From IMG/VR virus record IMGVR_UViG_3300042307_001176, positions 64,001 to 128,000 of that record: a stretch of 64,000 bases of DNA, one strand, 5' to 3'. Shown here piece by piece: positions 10,084 to 20,757 of this stretch. The stretch is from a virus. Each line of letters starts with the position of its first letter. The stretch's first letter is position 1. The notes under the pieces are model-generated. The model made no database searches. It saw nothing but the letters and a program-made list of their open reading frames with translations, and was not told where the DNA came from. The translations under genes were made by a program, and so were the position numbers.

Positions 10084-10972
10084 TATGGAAAGATCATTAA
10101 TAAGAATATGTTCCGGATCCCTTGGTGATACTATAGGAGCAATGGCAGTAATAGACTCGTATCGTTCTAAAAATAATAAAAATGTATCTGTTATTTGCAA
10201 TCTCCATAGCGAGTATTTTTGTAATAGCTATCCAGACATTAAAAAAATATATCCACATAATTCCGTTCCTAATTATGCGCCAGATATCGATAAATGGGTA
10301 ATAGACGGAATAGAATATGACGAGTACAAGCAGATCGTATACAAATTTGATAAGCCGTTGATGAAAGGATACGCACAACAGCTTGATGTAAAAGAATGGA
10401 ATAGACCAATGATAGATTCTTTTGTAAAAGAAAGACCAATAAAAGGTAAATATGCGTGTTTTTCTATGCACTCAACAGCTCAATCTAAACATTGGAATTA
10501 TGAAGAAGGCTGGGATCAATTGTGTAAAATGCTCAGAAAAAAAGGAATAACACCAGTTTGTATAGATGTTCACGAAAGCTTCGGTACTGATGGGAATTGG
10601 AATACTGTACCTAAGTCATGTGTCAAAAGAAATGGAATGAATCTTAAAGAGATGTCCAACTACATACACCATTCTGAATTCTTTATAGGCTTAAGTAGCG
10701 GTTTAACATGGGTTGCTCACGCTTTAGGTAAACCAGTAGTTATGATATCAGGGGTAACTTCGGAAGATAATGAATTTACTGAAGACACAGTTAGGTTAAT
10801 AAACAAAGATGTTTGTCATGGATGTATAAACAATCATCAACATAAATTTGATTCGGATGACTGGTTCTGGTGTCCTTTACATAAAGGAACAGAAAAACAT
10901 TTTGAGTGCACAAAGACAATCACACCGGAGCAGGTTTTCAATTCCTTATCCCATTTATTACCCAAAGAATAA
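10073..10972 (+). CDS. GT9-type glycosyltransferase (autotransporter heptosyltransferase Aah/TibC-like)
   Basis: SLGDTI, STAQSKHWN..GW, FIGLSSGLTWVAHA, CHGC...CP...C iron-finger-like Cys motif. Confidence 0.8.
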   Translation: MEINMERSLIRICSGSLGDTIGAMAVIDSYRSKNNKNVSVICNLHSEYFCNSYPDIKKIYPHNSVPNYAPDIDKWVIDGIEYDEYKQIVYKFDKPLMKGYAQQLDVKEWNRPMIDSFVKERPIKGKYACFSMHSTAQSKHWNYEEGWDQLCKMLRKKGITPVCIDVHESFGTDGNWNTVPKSCVKRNGMNLKEMSNYIHHSEFFIGLSSGLTWVAHALGKPVVMISGVTSEDNEFTEDTVRLINKDVCHGCINNHQHKFDSDDWFWCPLHKGTEKHFECTKTITPEQVFNSLSHLLPKE

Positions 10973-11012
10973 TTTATATAAAATCCTGCTGATATATAAT
11001 CTATAGTTATTT

Positions 11013-12086
11013 ATGAAAAGCTTTAGAAACAAATATCCAGGTCTGTCAGAGAATCAGCTACTTATAAAGTATAAAATATGGCAGAGAGAAAAAGAAACTC
11101 AAAGACTTCTAAATGAAGCAGAGGAGAGGAAGAAATACAAAGATCCGTTTAGTAAAAAAAATGATACAGGTGAAGATGGTGCTTATGATGGAGCTTTAGA
11201 TGTAGATGGAAGTCACGGGGTTGTTTCTGATGCTGCTTTAGTTGGTGCTAGAGTAAATTTTTTGTATGCAAATAGTGGGGGTTTAATAAAAACAGCTATC
11301 ACTGATTTTGAAGGAAGATTTAATATACCCAGAAGTTTTGGATCGGGAGAAATATATATTAATGGCGGAATAGATGCTGTTAATGGATTACCATATAGAG
11401 GTGGATTTAGAATAGATCCTCCGTTTTTTCATCAATATAGGGCAATTACACCTTTAACACATATTACTAGTCACATTTGGACAAATACAGCAACTAGAAT
11501 TCCACAAGAAGCCTTAACAATAGTACTTGATTATTTGCCTGAATTTTTTGGAATACCAACGGATAATATAGATCATTCAATATTTGGTAAGGATCACGTA
11601 AGATCAACTTTAGAGGGTCTAAGAGGAGCTAAAGAGATACAAGCCATAAATACCCTTATTGAAATATATTCAGAGCTTATAAGCGGACTAAAAGCAAATC
11701 ATTCAAGTGAATTAGAAGGACTAAAAATTCAAACATACAGAGAAATAGGTGATGCTTTACTAACAAAAATAAATGGACAGGAAACGGAAAAATATTTTGA
11801 GAATATTTTTAAATTCCATATTAGCGGACAGAAAAAAAATCACGATGCCTGCTGTACAGAACTCATAAACAAAGCATCAGATATTATTAAAGACTCTTTA
11901 GATTTAGGATCATTGGAATGTACATCAAATATACAGTCAATAAATTTAGCTGTTAAATCCGAATGGACGGAGAAGGCTTTAATTATGACAGAGGATAATG
12001 GAATTACGAAATCCGATGTTTGGAAAGATATAGAGAATAAAAAACCGGAAAATTTAATGGATCAGATTAATATACCTACGGTTTAA
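11013..12086 (+). CDS. hypothetical protein, possibly structural
   Basis: 357 aa ORF after GATATATA. Confidence 0.6.
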   Translation: MKSFRNKYPGLSENQLLIKYKIWQREKETQRLLNEAEERKKYKDPFSKKNDTGEDGAYDGALDVDGSHGVVSDAALVGARVNFLYANSGGLIKTAITDFEGRFNIPRSFGSGEIYINGGIDAVNGLPYRGGFRIDPPFFHQYRAITPLTHITSHIWTNTATRIPQEALTIVLDYLPEFFGIPTDNIDHSIFGKDHVRSTLEGLRGAKEIQAINTLIEIYSELISGLKANHSSELEGLKIQTYREIGDALLTKINGQETEKYFENIFKFHISGQKKNHDACCTELINKASDIIKDSLDLGSLECTSNIQSINLAVKSEWTEKALIMTEDNGITKSDVWKDIENKKPENLMDQINIPTV

Positions 12087-12691
12087 TCTTTCTCATGGTG
12101 ATCTAAAGCTTTACCGAATTTATCCAACTTGTTCATTATCTTCTTAAGTTCATTAAAAGACCAAGGCTTAAGAGAGTTTGTATCCAATCCAATATCCATG
12201 GTTCTTCTTCTTTCATTTGCTTTTGATGAAGTCCACCATTCGTCTGGCTGAAGATTATTATGGCAATGTCCATGTAATTGCCAAGATCCTTTATGGCATT
12301 TGTTCCACATCTTCATCGGCCAATGACTCATGATTATTCGGATTCCATCAATCTCAATTTCTAAATAATGTTGTACACTGGAAAAATAATCATGACAATC
12401 ATCTCTATTATTCTCCAAATGATGATCGTGATTCCCTAGTATTAAATGTATGTTTGAACAATTTAACCTGTCTCTGAATTTCTTAATATTATCGAATCCA
12501 CCAAAACTCCAGTCGCCTAAATGATAAAGTGTGTCTTCGTATCCTACAGTGGAATTTATTGATCTAACTATAAATTCGTCGTGTTCAGAAAGGGAGCTAA
12601 ACTTTCTGCATCTTTTGTCATTGTCCCAAGAGGTACATCCGGAAACTAAATTCTTATGCCCGTAATGAGTATCTGAAGTGAAATATATCAT
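12083..12691 (-). CDS. calcineurin-like metallophosphoesterase
   Basis: SDTH.GH, HLGD, GNHD, HGH.H; start at MIYFTSD. Confidence 0.88.
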   Translation of the reverse strand: MIYFTSDTHYGHKNLVSGCTSWDNDKRCRKFSSLSEHDEFIVRSINSTVGYEDTLYHLGDWSFGGFDNIKKFRDRLNCSNIHLILGNHDHHLENNRDDCHDYFSSVQHYLEIEIDGIRIIMSHWPMKMWNKCHKGSWQLHGHCHNNLQPDEWWTSSKANERRRTMDIGLDTNSLKPWSFNELKKIMNKLDKFGKALDHHEKD

Positions 12692-12764
12692 GAAAATTAT
12701 ACGCTTTTTTTGTTTTTTGTTCCGGAACTTTTGTTCTTTTTTTCTGTAAAATAATAAAAATAAT

Positions 12765-13316
12765 ATGGATTTTAAAGACTTTAAAGAGTGTATAGACAAT
12801 TTAATTGAAATGCACAGAAAAAGTGACGAAGCTTATAAATTAAAAATAGACATCCTTGATTACCATGATGAATACGAGAAAGCTGTTACTATATTATGGA
12901 GTCAAATATTAACTGATACTGGACAAGACTGGTTATACTGGTATCTTTATGATAAAAATGGAATATCAGGAAAGCCTAGAAAAGATATGCAGGCTTGGGA
13001 TGAGGACAAGAAAGAAATTTGTAAAAATCTTAAGGGCCTTCATAGCTTTCTTGTAGAAAGTAATTACTTTCGAATCCAAGGTAAAAATGAAGAGGAAAAA
13101 ATAATAGACGCTAATAATATTACAGAAGTGAATAATCTTACCGATGAGAAGATGCCATGTATAATAAACTGGGATTTACACCAAAAGCTTAAAAAACCCA
13201 CTGAGATTAAAACCGAATTTGACTTTAAAAAAGAGCCAGGTAAGAAAAAAAATAAAATTAAAAAAGAAATAGTTCCTAAGAAAAAATCAAAGGACGGAGA
13301 AGATTCTAATAAATAA
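12765..13316 (+). CDS. hypothetical protein
   Basis: 183 aa ORF. Confidence 0.6.
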   Translation: MDFKDFKECIDNLIEMHRKSDEAYKLKIDILDYHDEYEKAVTILWSQILTDTGQDWLYWYLYDKNGISGKPRKDMQAWDEDKKEICKNLKGLHSFLVESNYFRIQGKNEEEKIIDANNITEVNNLTDEKMPCIINWDLHQKLKKPTEIKTEFDFKKEPGKKKNKIKKEIVPKKKSKDGEDSNK

Positions 13317-13494
13317 AAATATATGTCAGGAAAAATAAATCCAAAAATAATATTAGAAGATAAAGAGTATGAATTAGAAAAAATTCATATATCTGAACTA
13401 AATTATCTAATGGTGAGATTATTTAATCCAATAGAGAAGAATTATATTACTTACAATCTTGGTGATTATAATCCCGAGAATAATTTTATAAAAG

Positions 13495-13971
13495 ATGCGA
13501 TCGAAAAAATCTGACGAGATAGTACTTCTAAATAGTGAAGGGCCAATACTTAAAGCTAAAAAAACAGATTCTGATGAATATGTATTGTATGATAAAGAAG
13601 ACACAATAGTTGATATACTATCCACTAGCCAATTTACTGACTTCATATACAACAATGTTCCATTGACAGGAACTGATGGCAAAGAAATATATTATGATTC
13701 ATATTCACGAGATATGAAACCAGAGAAGGAAGATTTAGAGATCTTTATTAAAGGAGTACAAACTTTTGTTGCTTTTAATTCGGAAGATGGATCATGGATT
13801 TCTCCTGTTAAATCAGAGAAGGAATGGCAAGAATCGGTTCTAAAAGAATTATTTCCAAGCTATCCACACGGAGCTCCTAAATGGCAATATCTAAATGGGC
13901 TTTTACATATAGCACTAGAATATAAAGAAGGATTAGAAACGGAAGAAAACTACGAAGATGAAAACGGATAA
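13495..13971 (+). CDS. hypothetical protein
   Basis: 158 aa ORF. Confidence 0.6.
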   Translation: MRSKKSDEIVLLNSEGPILKAKKTDSDEYVLYDKEDTIVDILSTSQFTDFIYNNVPLTGTDGKEIYYDSYSRDMKPEKEDLEIFIKGVQTFVAFNSEDGSWISPVKSEKEWQESVLKELFPSYPHGAPKWQYLNGLLHIALEYKEGLETEENYEDENG

Positions 13972-14308
13972 GGAATTAATTTATATTGCTTCTCCTTATA
14001 CTAATCCAGATAATAACATTAGGATTCAGAATTATTTAGAAGTTACAAAAATAGCTGCAGATCTTGTATCTAATGGGCATGTTGCTATTTCACCTATAAC
14101 ATACGGACACGTTCTATCGGAATGCAAAGAAATGGCAACTGATTGGGGATTTTGGATGGATTTCTGTTTGGTTCTACTTAATAAATGTGATAAACTCCTA
14201 GTGTGTAATACTATCCCTGGATGGGAAAATTCTAAGGGTGTTGCAGCAGAGATTGAATTTGCAAAACAGAATGGGATAAAAGTTGAATATTTAAAACCAT
14301 TGGAATGA
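13958..14308 (+). CDS. DUF1937 / nucleoside deoxyribosyltransferase-like protein
   Basis: IYIASPY...SPI..GH...W...C..LL..CD...GWENSKGV..EIEFA. Confidence 0.75.
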   Translation: MKTDKELIYIASPYTNPDNNIRIQNYLEVTKIAADLVSNGHVAISPITYGHVLSECKEMATDWGFWMDFCLVLLNKCDKLLVCNTIPGWENSKGVAAEIEFAKQNGIKVEYLKPLE

Positions 14309-14612
14309 AAAGAATATTTCTGATACAAAATATTAAAGGTAGATACTATTCAAAAAATAGTAAAAGGTTTGGTGGTATAGAATTTGCTACCAGATTTTAC
14401 ATAAAAGAGCAAGCAGATACCACCGCAGAACTTCTAACAGATACTGATTTAGAAGGACCTTTTTTTATAATTGAAGGATTTGAAAAATTTAATAAAGACT
14501 AATGTGTTCACTTAAAAAGAAAATACAAAAACTTATGCTATGGATCTCTTATAAATTTCCAAAAAAAGGCAAAAAAAGTATTTGGGATTTTGATTAAATA
14601 TTAATAAAAAAT

Positions 14613-14861
14613 ATGGAAAAAAAAATAACAGCAGATACTCAATCAAATAGACTAAAAGATGACATTCGAACTGAGTTTGATAAGATAAAGTGGATGATCG
14701 ATGAACATACACGAGTACAGGATAATCAAATTAAATTTAGAGATGAATTAATTAAAGTATTATACTCCCAAGTAGTAGATCTAACTATGATGTCCAAAAT
14801 CGAATTGGGAGATGATGTGATAGCAGAAATTAAACGACTAAAAGATATTATCAATGAATAA
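14613..14861 (+). CDS. hypothetical protein
   Basis: 82 aa ORF overlapping the start of thyA. Confidence 0.5.
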   Translation: MEKKITADTQSNRLKDDIRTEFDKIKWMIDEHTRVQDNQIKFRDELIKVLYSQVVDLTMMSKIELGDDVIAEIKRLKDIINE

Positions 14862-15879
14862 TCTAGATAAACAATATATAACTTTACTCCAAGATATTCT
14901 AGATAATGGAGTAACAAAATCAGATCGTACTGGTACTGGAACACTTTCAGTATTTGGTAGACAAATCAGACACAAGATGAGTGATGGGTTTCCGTTACTT
15001 ACAACAAAGAAAATGCCATTCAAAACAATCACAACGGAATTACTATGGTTCTTACGTGGAGATACAAACATTAAATTCCTTGTTGATAATAATTGTCATA
15101 TTTGGGATGGTGATGCTTATAAGAACTATTGTATATCTTACAAAGACGGTCACGAGTTTTATGAAGATGAAGAAGTAAAACGTTCATACACACAAGAAGA
15201 ATTCATTAATAAAATCAAAACAGATGATGACTTTGCTAAGAAGCGGGGAGAATTAGGACCAATCTATGGGGCACAATGGAGAAATTGGACATTACATAGC
15301 GTAGGACCAAATGACTCTTTCCCTATATATGTAGACCAAATTAAACTATTGATTGAACAACTTAAAACAAATCCAGACTCAAGACGATTAATGGTTAATG
15401 CTTGGAATGTAGGTGAATTAGACCAAATGGTTCTTCCCCCGTGTCATTATGGATTTCAAGTTTATACAAGACCAACAACCAGAGAAGAAAAAATAACAAA
15501 TCCTGGAAAATACAGAGCAATTTCTTTAAGCTGGAATCAACGTTCAGCAGATACATTCCTAGGTTTACCTTTTAATATTGCTTCTTATGGTCTACTACTT
15601 GAAATCATTGCAAAAGCAGTGGATATGGTTCCAGATGAATTGATTGGTAATTTAGGTGATACGCATTTGTATTTGAATCACATCGAACAAGCAAAGGAAC
15701 AGATTACTAGAGAACCTATGAAATTAACAGAATTAAATATTAATACTGAATTCTGGGAACCTAAATATTTGTTAGATTTATTAGAGAAAGGAACATTTAT
15801 AAAATGTTTAATAGAAGAAGATATACAAATGCTTAATTACCAATCACATCCGGCAATTAAAGCGCCTTTGTCTAATTAG
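14854..15879 (+). CDS. thyA: thymidylate synthase
   Basis: DRTGTGT, ELLWFL, LPPCH, QRSADTFLGLPFNIASY, HLYLNH. Confidence 0.95.
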   Translation: MNNLDKQYITLLQDILDNGVTKSDRTGTGTLSVFGRQIRHKMSDGFPLLTTKKMPFKTITTELLWFLRGDTNIKFLVDNNCHIWDGDAYKNYCISYKDGHEFYEDEEVKRSYTQEEFINKIKTDDDFAKKRGELGPIYGAQWRNWTLHSVGPNDSFPIYVDQIKLLIEQLKTNPDSRRLMVNAWNVGELDQMVLPPCHYGFQVYTRPTTREEKITNPGKYRAISLSWNQRSADTFLGLPFNIASYGLLLEIIAKAVDMVPDELIGNLGDTHLYLNHIEQAKEQITREPMKLTELNINTEFWEPKYLLDLLEKGTFIKCLIEEDIQMLNYQSHPAIKAPLSN

Positions 15880-15913
15880 TAAAAGATAAAAATAAACATC
15901 AAATATAAATATA

Positions 15914-16159
15914 ATGGGGAAAATAATATTGGAATTTGATTCAAACGAAGAATCGCAAGAGGCAAGAGTGGCTCTTGATGGTTATAAATGGAAATTGGCA
16001 ATGTGGGATCTTGACCAAAAGTTAAGGTCAACAACCAAACACGGAATTAAGTTTTATTCAAACGAAGAAGCGTCAAGTGAGGAAATAGATATTTGTCAAA
16101 AAATCAGAAATGAAATCAGAGAGACTCTTGATAGCTATAATTTAAACTTAGAAGATTAA
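15914..16159 (+). CDS. hypothetical protein
   Basis: 81 aa ORF. Confidence 0.55.
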   Translation: MGKIILEFDSNEESQEARVALDGYKWKLAMWDLDQKLRSTTKHGIKFYSNEEASSEEIDICQKIRNEIRETLDSYNLNLED

Positions 16160-16412
16160 GTTATGAGTAAAGAAAAAATAATCGATGGAAGATAAAAAAT
16201 ATCCACCTATTACACCAGAAAAAAGCGAGGGAAAACATATGGGTGCACTTGCGGGTAGAGCTGAAGATGAAAGGAAAAGAAAAGAAGAGGCGCTGAAACA
16301 GTCAATGAGTATAGGTATTTCCTTAGATCCTGAAATCAATTGGATTGTAAAGACTATAAATGGTAAAAGCTATCTGTCTATTAAATAGTAATTTTATAAT
16401 AATAAATAAAAA

Positions 16413-16469
16413 ATGATAAACGTATATTTGGATGAAGTAAGAACACCTAATGATGAAAGATGGATATAG
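16413..16469 (+). pseudogene. 5' fragment paralogous to the gene at 17293
   Basis: MINVYLDEVRTPNDERWI* versus MEKVSIYLDDIRTPNDERWI; taagaacacctaatga[t/c]gaaagatggata shared at DNA level. Confidence 0.7.
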
Positions 16470-16807
16470 GAAAACTTATAATAGGAATATTTTTCGGTAT
16501 TATAGCTCAAATATTAGTTTTCTTCCAGTTGCAGGGATCTCTGAAGTATGATTGGTTTAGGAATAATTATTGGTTAGTTGTTCTTTTAGGTATACCTGCT
16601 TCTATGTTTTTTATGTATTCAGTTAAGAATATGGTAATTGCTTATAACGGACAAATGTGGCCATCGAGATTAATAGGATTTTCAATTGGTGCTATTGTGT
16701 TTACTTACTTTAGTTTGTCACTATTTAATGAGCCGCTAACTACAAAAACACTTATCTGCTTATTCTTGTCATTTACTATATTAGGAATTCAATTATTCGT
16801 AAAATAA
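16460..16807 (+). CDS. small 4-TM membrane protein (DMT/SMR-like)
   Basis: Four hydrophobic segments. Confidence 0.6.
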   Translation: MDIGKLIIGIFFGIIAQILVFFQLQGSLKYDWFRNNYWLVVLLGIPASMFFMYSVKNMVIAYNGQMWPSRLIGFSIGAIVFTYFSLSLFNEPLTTKTLICLFLSFTILGIQLFVK

Positions 16808-16839
16808 AAGAAATGAGTAAAAAGATATCACTGAAATAA

Positions 16840-17289
16840 ATGCAACCGAAGATAAATTTGAAAAATATGGAAATGATATCGCAACATCCTATTAAAAAAT
16901 CTGATCTCGGATTTCATGGAAATCTTTTTGGCGGGCAATTATTAAAATGGATAGATTCTGCTGCAGCTAGTTATTCAATGCAGTTATGTGATACACCTAG
17001 AATGGTAACTGTATCAATAGATAAATGTAATTTTGAAAAACCAGCAAGAGAAAGTCAATTACTTAAAATATATGGTTACCCAACAACAGTTGGTAATTCA
17101 TCAGTAACATTATATATGGAAGCTAGAGCACATAATGTATATAATGGTAAACAAGTACTTGTTCTAAAGACCCATATTAAATTTGTACACATTGACGAGG
17201 AAGGTAATCCTATTCCTATTGGAGAGAAAGGAAGAAATAGAATAAATAGAATGATCGAATTGCAATCTAGCGAAGAGACTAACAATTAA
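16840..17289 (+). CDS. acyl-CoA thioesterase (hotdog fold)
   Basis: HGNLFGGQLLKWID, VTVSID..F..P, VG.SS, FVHIDE.G.P. Confidence 0.85.
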   Translation: MQPKINLKNMEMISQHPIKKSDLGFHGNLFGGQLLKWIDSAAASYSMQLCDTPRMVTVSIDKCNFEKPARESQLLKIYGYPTTVGNSSVTLYMEARAHNVYNGKQVLVLKTHIKFVHIDEEGNPIPIGEKGRNRINRMIELQSSEETNN

Positions 17290-17292
17290 AAT

Positions 17293-17706
17293 ATGGAAAA
17301 AGTAAGCATATATTTAGATGACATAAGAACACCTAATGACGAAAGATGGATAATCTGTAGGGATTATAATGAGTTTGTCAATAAAGTGAATGAGATAGGA
17401 TTAGATAATATTGAGACTATTTCATTGGATCATGATCTTGGCGAGACTGCAATAAGAGAATATTTCAAAAATGTCACAAATAATTACATTCTTGATTATG
17501 CTAATATACACGAAAAAACAGGATACGATTGTGCTAAATGGCTTGTTGAGAAAAGCATAGACACTGGAGTAAATCTTCCAACTATTTTAACACATAGTGC
17601 AAATCCTATAGGTTCTGCAAACATAATGGGATACATAAATAACTATCTGAAAAATAAAAGACTAACACAAAATTGTATAAGAGTTCAGATACCGCATTCA
17701 GCTTAA
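17293..17706 (+). CDS. cyclic-phosphate-processing receiver-like domain protein
   Basis: YLDDIRTP, ISLDHDLG, TGYD.AKW, HSANP.G. Confidence 0.75.
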   Translation: MEKVSIYLDDIRTPNDERWIICRDYNEFVNKVNEIGLDNIETISLDHDLGETAIREYFKNVTNNYILDYANIHEKTGYDCAKWLVEKSIDTGVNLPTILTHSANPIGSANIMGYINNYLKNKRLTQNCIRVQIPHSA

Positions 17707-17724
17707 ATATATAATATAAAGAGT

Positions 17725-18045
17725 ATGGATTTATTTAAAAGAATATCATCAGCAGTCCTTTTAGCGCTATTGATAGCGTTACCTTTAACACTATTAGAAT
17801 CTCTAATGGTTTACTCGATTATTAATCTTTACCAAATACCATATCTTATTAATTTTCAATATTGTCAAGTTCTAGGAATCAGCTTTATTATGATGATGAC
17901 TAGAAATAGAATAAGAATGCAAGAGGAAAAAGAGGATAAGAAAGATTTTATAAAAGATATCAGTTATCCCAGTTTAAATAGATTATTCAGAGTAGGTTTT
18001 GTATGGTGTATTGCTTTAATTATTCATGAAATATTTTTAAGATAA
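17725..18045 (+). CDS. membrane protein
   Basis: Three hydrophobic segments. Confidence 0.55.
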   Translation: MDLFKRISSAVLLALLIALPLTLLESLMVYSIINLYQIPYLINFQYCQVLGISFIMMMTRNRIRMQEEKEDKKDFIKDISYPSLNRLFRVGFVWCIALIIHEIFLR

Positions 18046-18049
18046 TATT

Positions 18050-18592
18050 TTGATCAATTCCTTATTAACCATAATAATACCATGTAAAAACTCCTTATAT
18101 GGATTAAAAGACACCATAGAAAACCTATTAGATCAGTTTAAGATCACAGGAACTAGAGTGTTAATATTAGATCTTGGATCTGATGACGGATCATACCAAT
18201 ATGCAGCTCAAGCATCATTTGAGCATTTTAAAAAATTAAAAATTGAATCAATAAAAATAGATGACGATCTTAATCTGTTTAAATTTATTGACGAATTAAG
18301 AACACCCTACTCAATGGTTATTACACCAGGCTCTATTTCCAAGAATCCCGACTTTATTTTTAATTCTATTAATAATATTTCCATAAAAAAAGTTCCTAGT
18401 GTATATTTAAAAAAATATCCAATAGTGAAAAGAATTTTACCCCTTAGAAATATAAGAAATAAAGTATTAGAAATAAATTGTATCGTTTCAGAAAAGAATT
18501 TCCTATGGGAAATTGGATTCAAAAATAATACTCTCTCTATTCACACATCTCAAATATCTAGGGGTAAAATTTCAATAGAAGGAAAATTGTAA
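18050..18592 (+). CDS. GT2-family glycosyltransferase-like, divergent
   Basis: LTIIIPCKN...ILDLGSDDGS. Confidence 0.6.
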   Translation: MINSLLTIIIPCKNSLYGLKDTIENLLDQFKITGTRVLILDLGSDDGSYQYAAQASFEHFKKLKIESIKIDDDLNLFKFIDELRTPYSMVITPGSISKNPDFIFNSINNISIKKVPSVYLKKYPIVKRILPLRNIRNKVLEINCIVSEKNFLWEIGFKNNTLSIHTSQISRGKISIEGKL

Positions 18593-18917
18593 TATTTTAA
18601 GAAGCAAACACCCTTTTAAGTGTTTTTTCTTTCTGTTCAGATGAACTAATTTCTGAATTTACACTTCTCCAAAGGATATCCAATGGTCTATTTATATCGC
18701 CTCCGTCTTTTTGTACTGATGCAATAAATTTAACCCAAAGCTTAAATTCTCTTTCGTCTCTTACGTTAATTCCCTCTTTTTTTGAGGAATTTCTTGTTGA
18801 CATCTTTTTTAAATTTTAATTAAACTTAGTAATGTTTATGACGCTAAATTAACAATAAGATGTTAATAAAAAAAATAAACTTAAGTAAATTGTAAGTTTT
18901 TTTAGAAAAAAATAGAA

Positions 18918-19220
18918 TTATTTAGAGATTTCGAATAGATCTTTCGCTTTTTTTGCCTTTACTGCATATTCATATAACTCTTTATCTACAAAATATTCTA
19001 TTGCTTTATCCATTGCAGTAGGAATGTCGCTTTTTTTCATATATAATTTAGAGTATATCTCATTATCCCAATAGAACTCTAAGAATGCTGACTCTAATAA
19101 ATTTTCACTCTCCATAAGTTTTAATGCAGTTTCTACAGACCTCACATAAACCTTATCTGGGTTTCTTATCAACCAATCTTCTAAATGGTCTGGATTAACT
19201 TTGTTTATCATTTCAATCAT
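18918..19220 (-). CDS. hypothetical protein
   Basis: 100 aa; YF..KELYE.A motif shared with 41059 (HFESIEEYEKCA). Confidence 0.55.
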   Translation of the reverse strand: MIEMINKVNPDHLEDWLIRNPDKVYVRSVETALKLMESENLLESAFLEFYWDNEIYSKLYMKKSDIPTAMDKAIEYFVDKELYEYAVKAKKAKDLFEISK

Positions 19221-19464
19221 ATATAAATTTCATACCAAATAAAAAGGGTTTTGTTCCGAAACTAAAGGCGAATAGATTGATAAAAAAAATAATTAAAAAA
19301 TCATAAATTATGTCAATAATCAAATTACCAAAATCGTTAGATCATTTAGAAAATGAGATTAAAATAGATACATTAGCAGATGTAATGAAATTTGAATTCC
19401 TTATGGAATTATATAAGAATCATACATTAGAAGAAATAGAGAAAAAGATAAAAGATTAATAGAA

Positions 19465-20148
19465 TTGAAAAAACTTATTTTTATATCAGATACACACAAT
19501 CAGCATAATAAGATAGAGATCCCTGATGGTGATATTATTATACATTGTGGTGACGTTTCTGGAAGAGGTGATAGAAGGGAAGTTGAATCTTTCCTTGATT
19601 GGTTTTCTGCTTTACCACATAATCATAAAATAATGATACCAGGAAATCATGATTTCTTTTTTGAAAAAGATTATGATACAGCTAAAAATATGGTGGATTC
19701 CAGAGGTATTACATGTCTAATTGATAGCGAAGTAGAAATAGAGGGAATAAGATTTTGGGGATCTCCAATAACACCTTGGTTTAATAATTGGGCTTTTAAT
19801 AGATTTCGAGGATCTGAAATAGAACATCATTGGAATAAAATACCAGACGGAATAGATGTTCTGTTAACACATGGACCACCCGCTTATTTACAAAATCATC
19901 TATCTATGGTATTGGAGGGAGAAGATGTCGGATGCGAGGATCTATATAAAGCAATACAAAGAGTAAAACCAAAAATTAATGCCTTTGGCCATATTCACGA
20001 GGGATATGGTACATCTGAGGAGGAGGGAGTATTATATATGAATTGTAGTGTTGTAAACAGAAGATACTCAATTCAAAATAAACCAATAGAAGTAATATAT
20101 TTAGATGGAGAATTTTCTATTTATAGAGGAGCTACAGAAGGGAACTGA
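19465..20148 (+). CDS. metallophosphoesterase
   Basis: SDTH, HCGD, GNHD, THGPP, FGHIHE. Confidence 0.9.
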   Translation: MKKLIFISDTHNQHNKIEIPDGDIIIHCGDVSGRGDRREVESFLDWFSALPHNHKIMIPGNHDFFFEKDYDTAKNMVDSRGITCLIDSEVEIEGIRFWGSPITPWFNNWAFNRFRGSEIEHHWNKIPDGIDVLLTHGPPAYLQNHLSMVLEGEDVGCEDLYKAIQRVKPKINAFGHIHEGYGTSEEEGVLYMNCSVVNRRYSIQNKPIEVIYLDGEFSIYRGATEGN

Positions 20149-20503
20149 TCCTTCTGGCTTCTTTAGAAAACTTTTAGTTTTTAAGAAGTATATAAAATTT
20201 GATGGTAAAAAAATCAAAGGAGAAGTGTGCTATGACGCATATTATAAGGACTTCGAGAACGAAAAAGGACTAAAGTATACTATCTATTGTTATTGCTATG
20301 ATTACAAAGATCTTGTAGATAATCCAGAAAATTTTGAGTTCTGTTTTGAAGTGCAATTAAATACAGGAAGAGGAATTATAGGAGTAGAAGCTATACAGTG
20401 GGATTTTGGAACAAATCCGGATTCACTTATTAATATAGAATTCTTCGAAAAGAAAATAGAAGAAATATGGGAAAAATTTGATTCGTTAAATTTTCCGACT
20501 TAA
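20105..20503 (+). CDS. hypothetical protein
   Basis: 132 aa ORF. Confidence 0.5.
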   Translation: MENFLFIEELQKGTDPSGFFRKLLVFKKYIKFDGKKIKGEVCYDAYYKDFENEKGLKYTIYCYCYDYKDLVDNPENFEFCFEVQLNTGRGIIGVEAIQWDFGTNPDSLINIEFFEKKIEEIWEKFDSLNFPT

Positions 20504-20757
20504 AATTTAAAAACTATGGATTTAAAAAATTATCTAAACATCTACGAAGAAGACACACAGTCTCTCAAAAAAGCAATCGTTAAAAAAGGCGTAGGAGATA
20601 TGTCTTGGATGAAACACACATTTGTTCCTCTACAGAATGGAGATGAGATTTATCTTCATCCAGATCAAAGCGATGTGTCAGGACATTATCTAAAGATTAT
20701 ACATTCAGAAAATAAATGTATATCTGTTTTTAATAAAACATATTTTGAAATAGTAGA

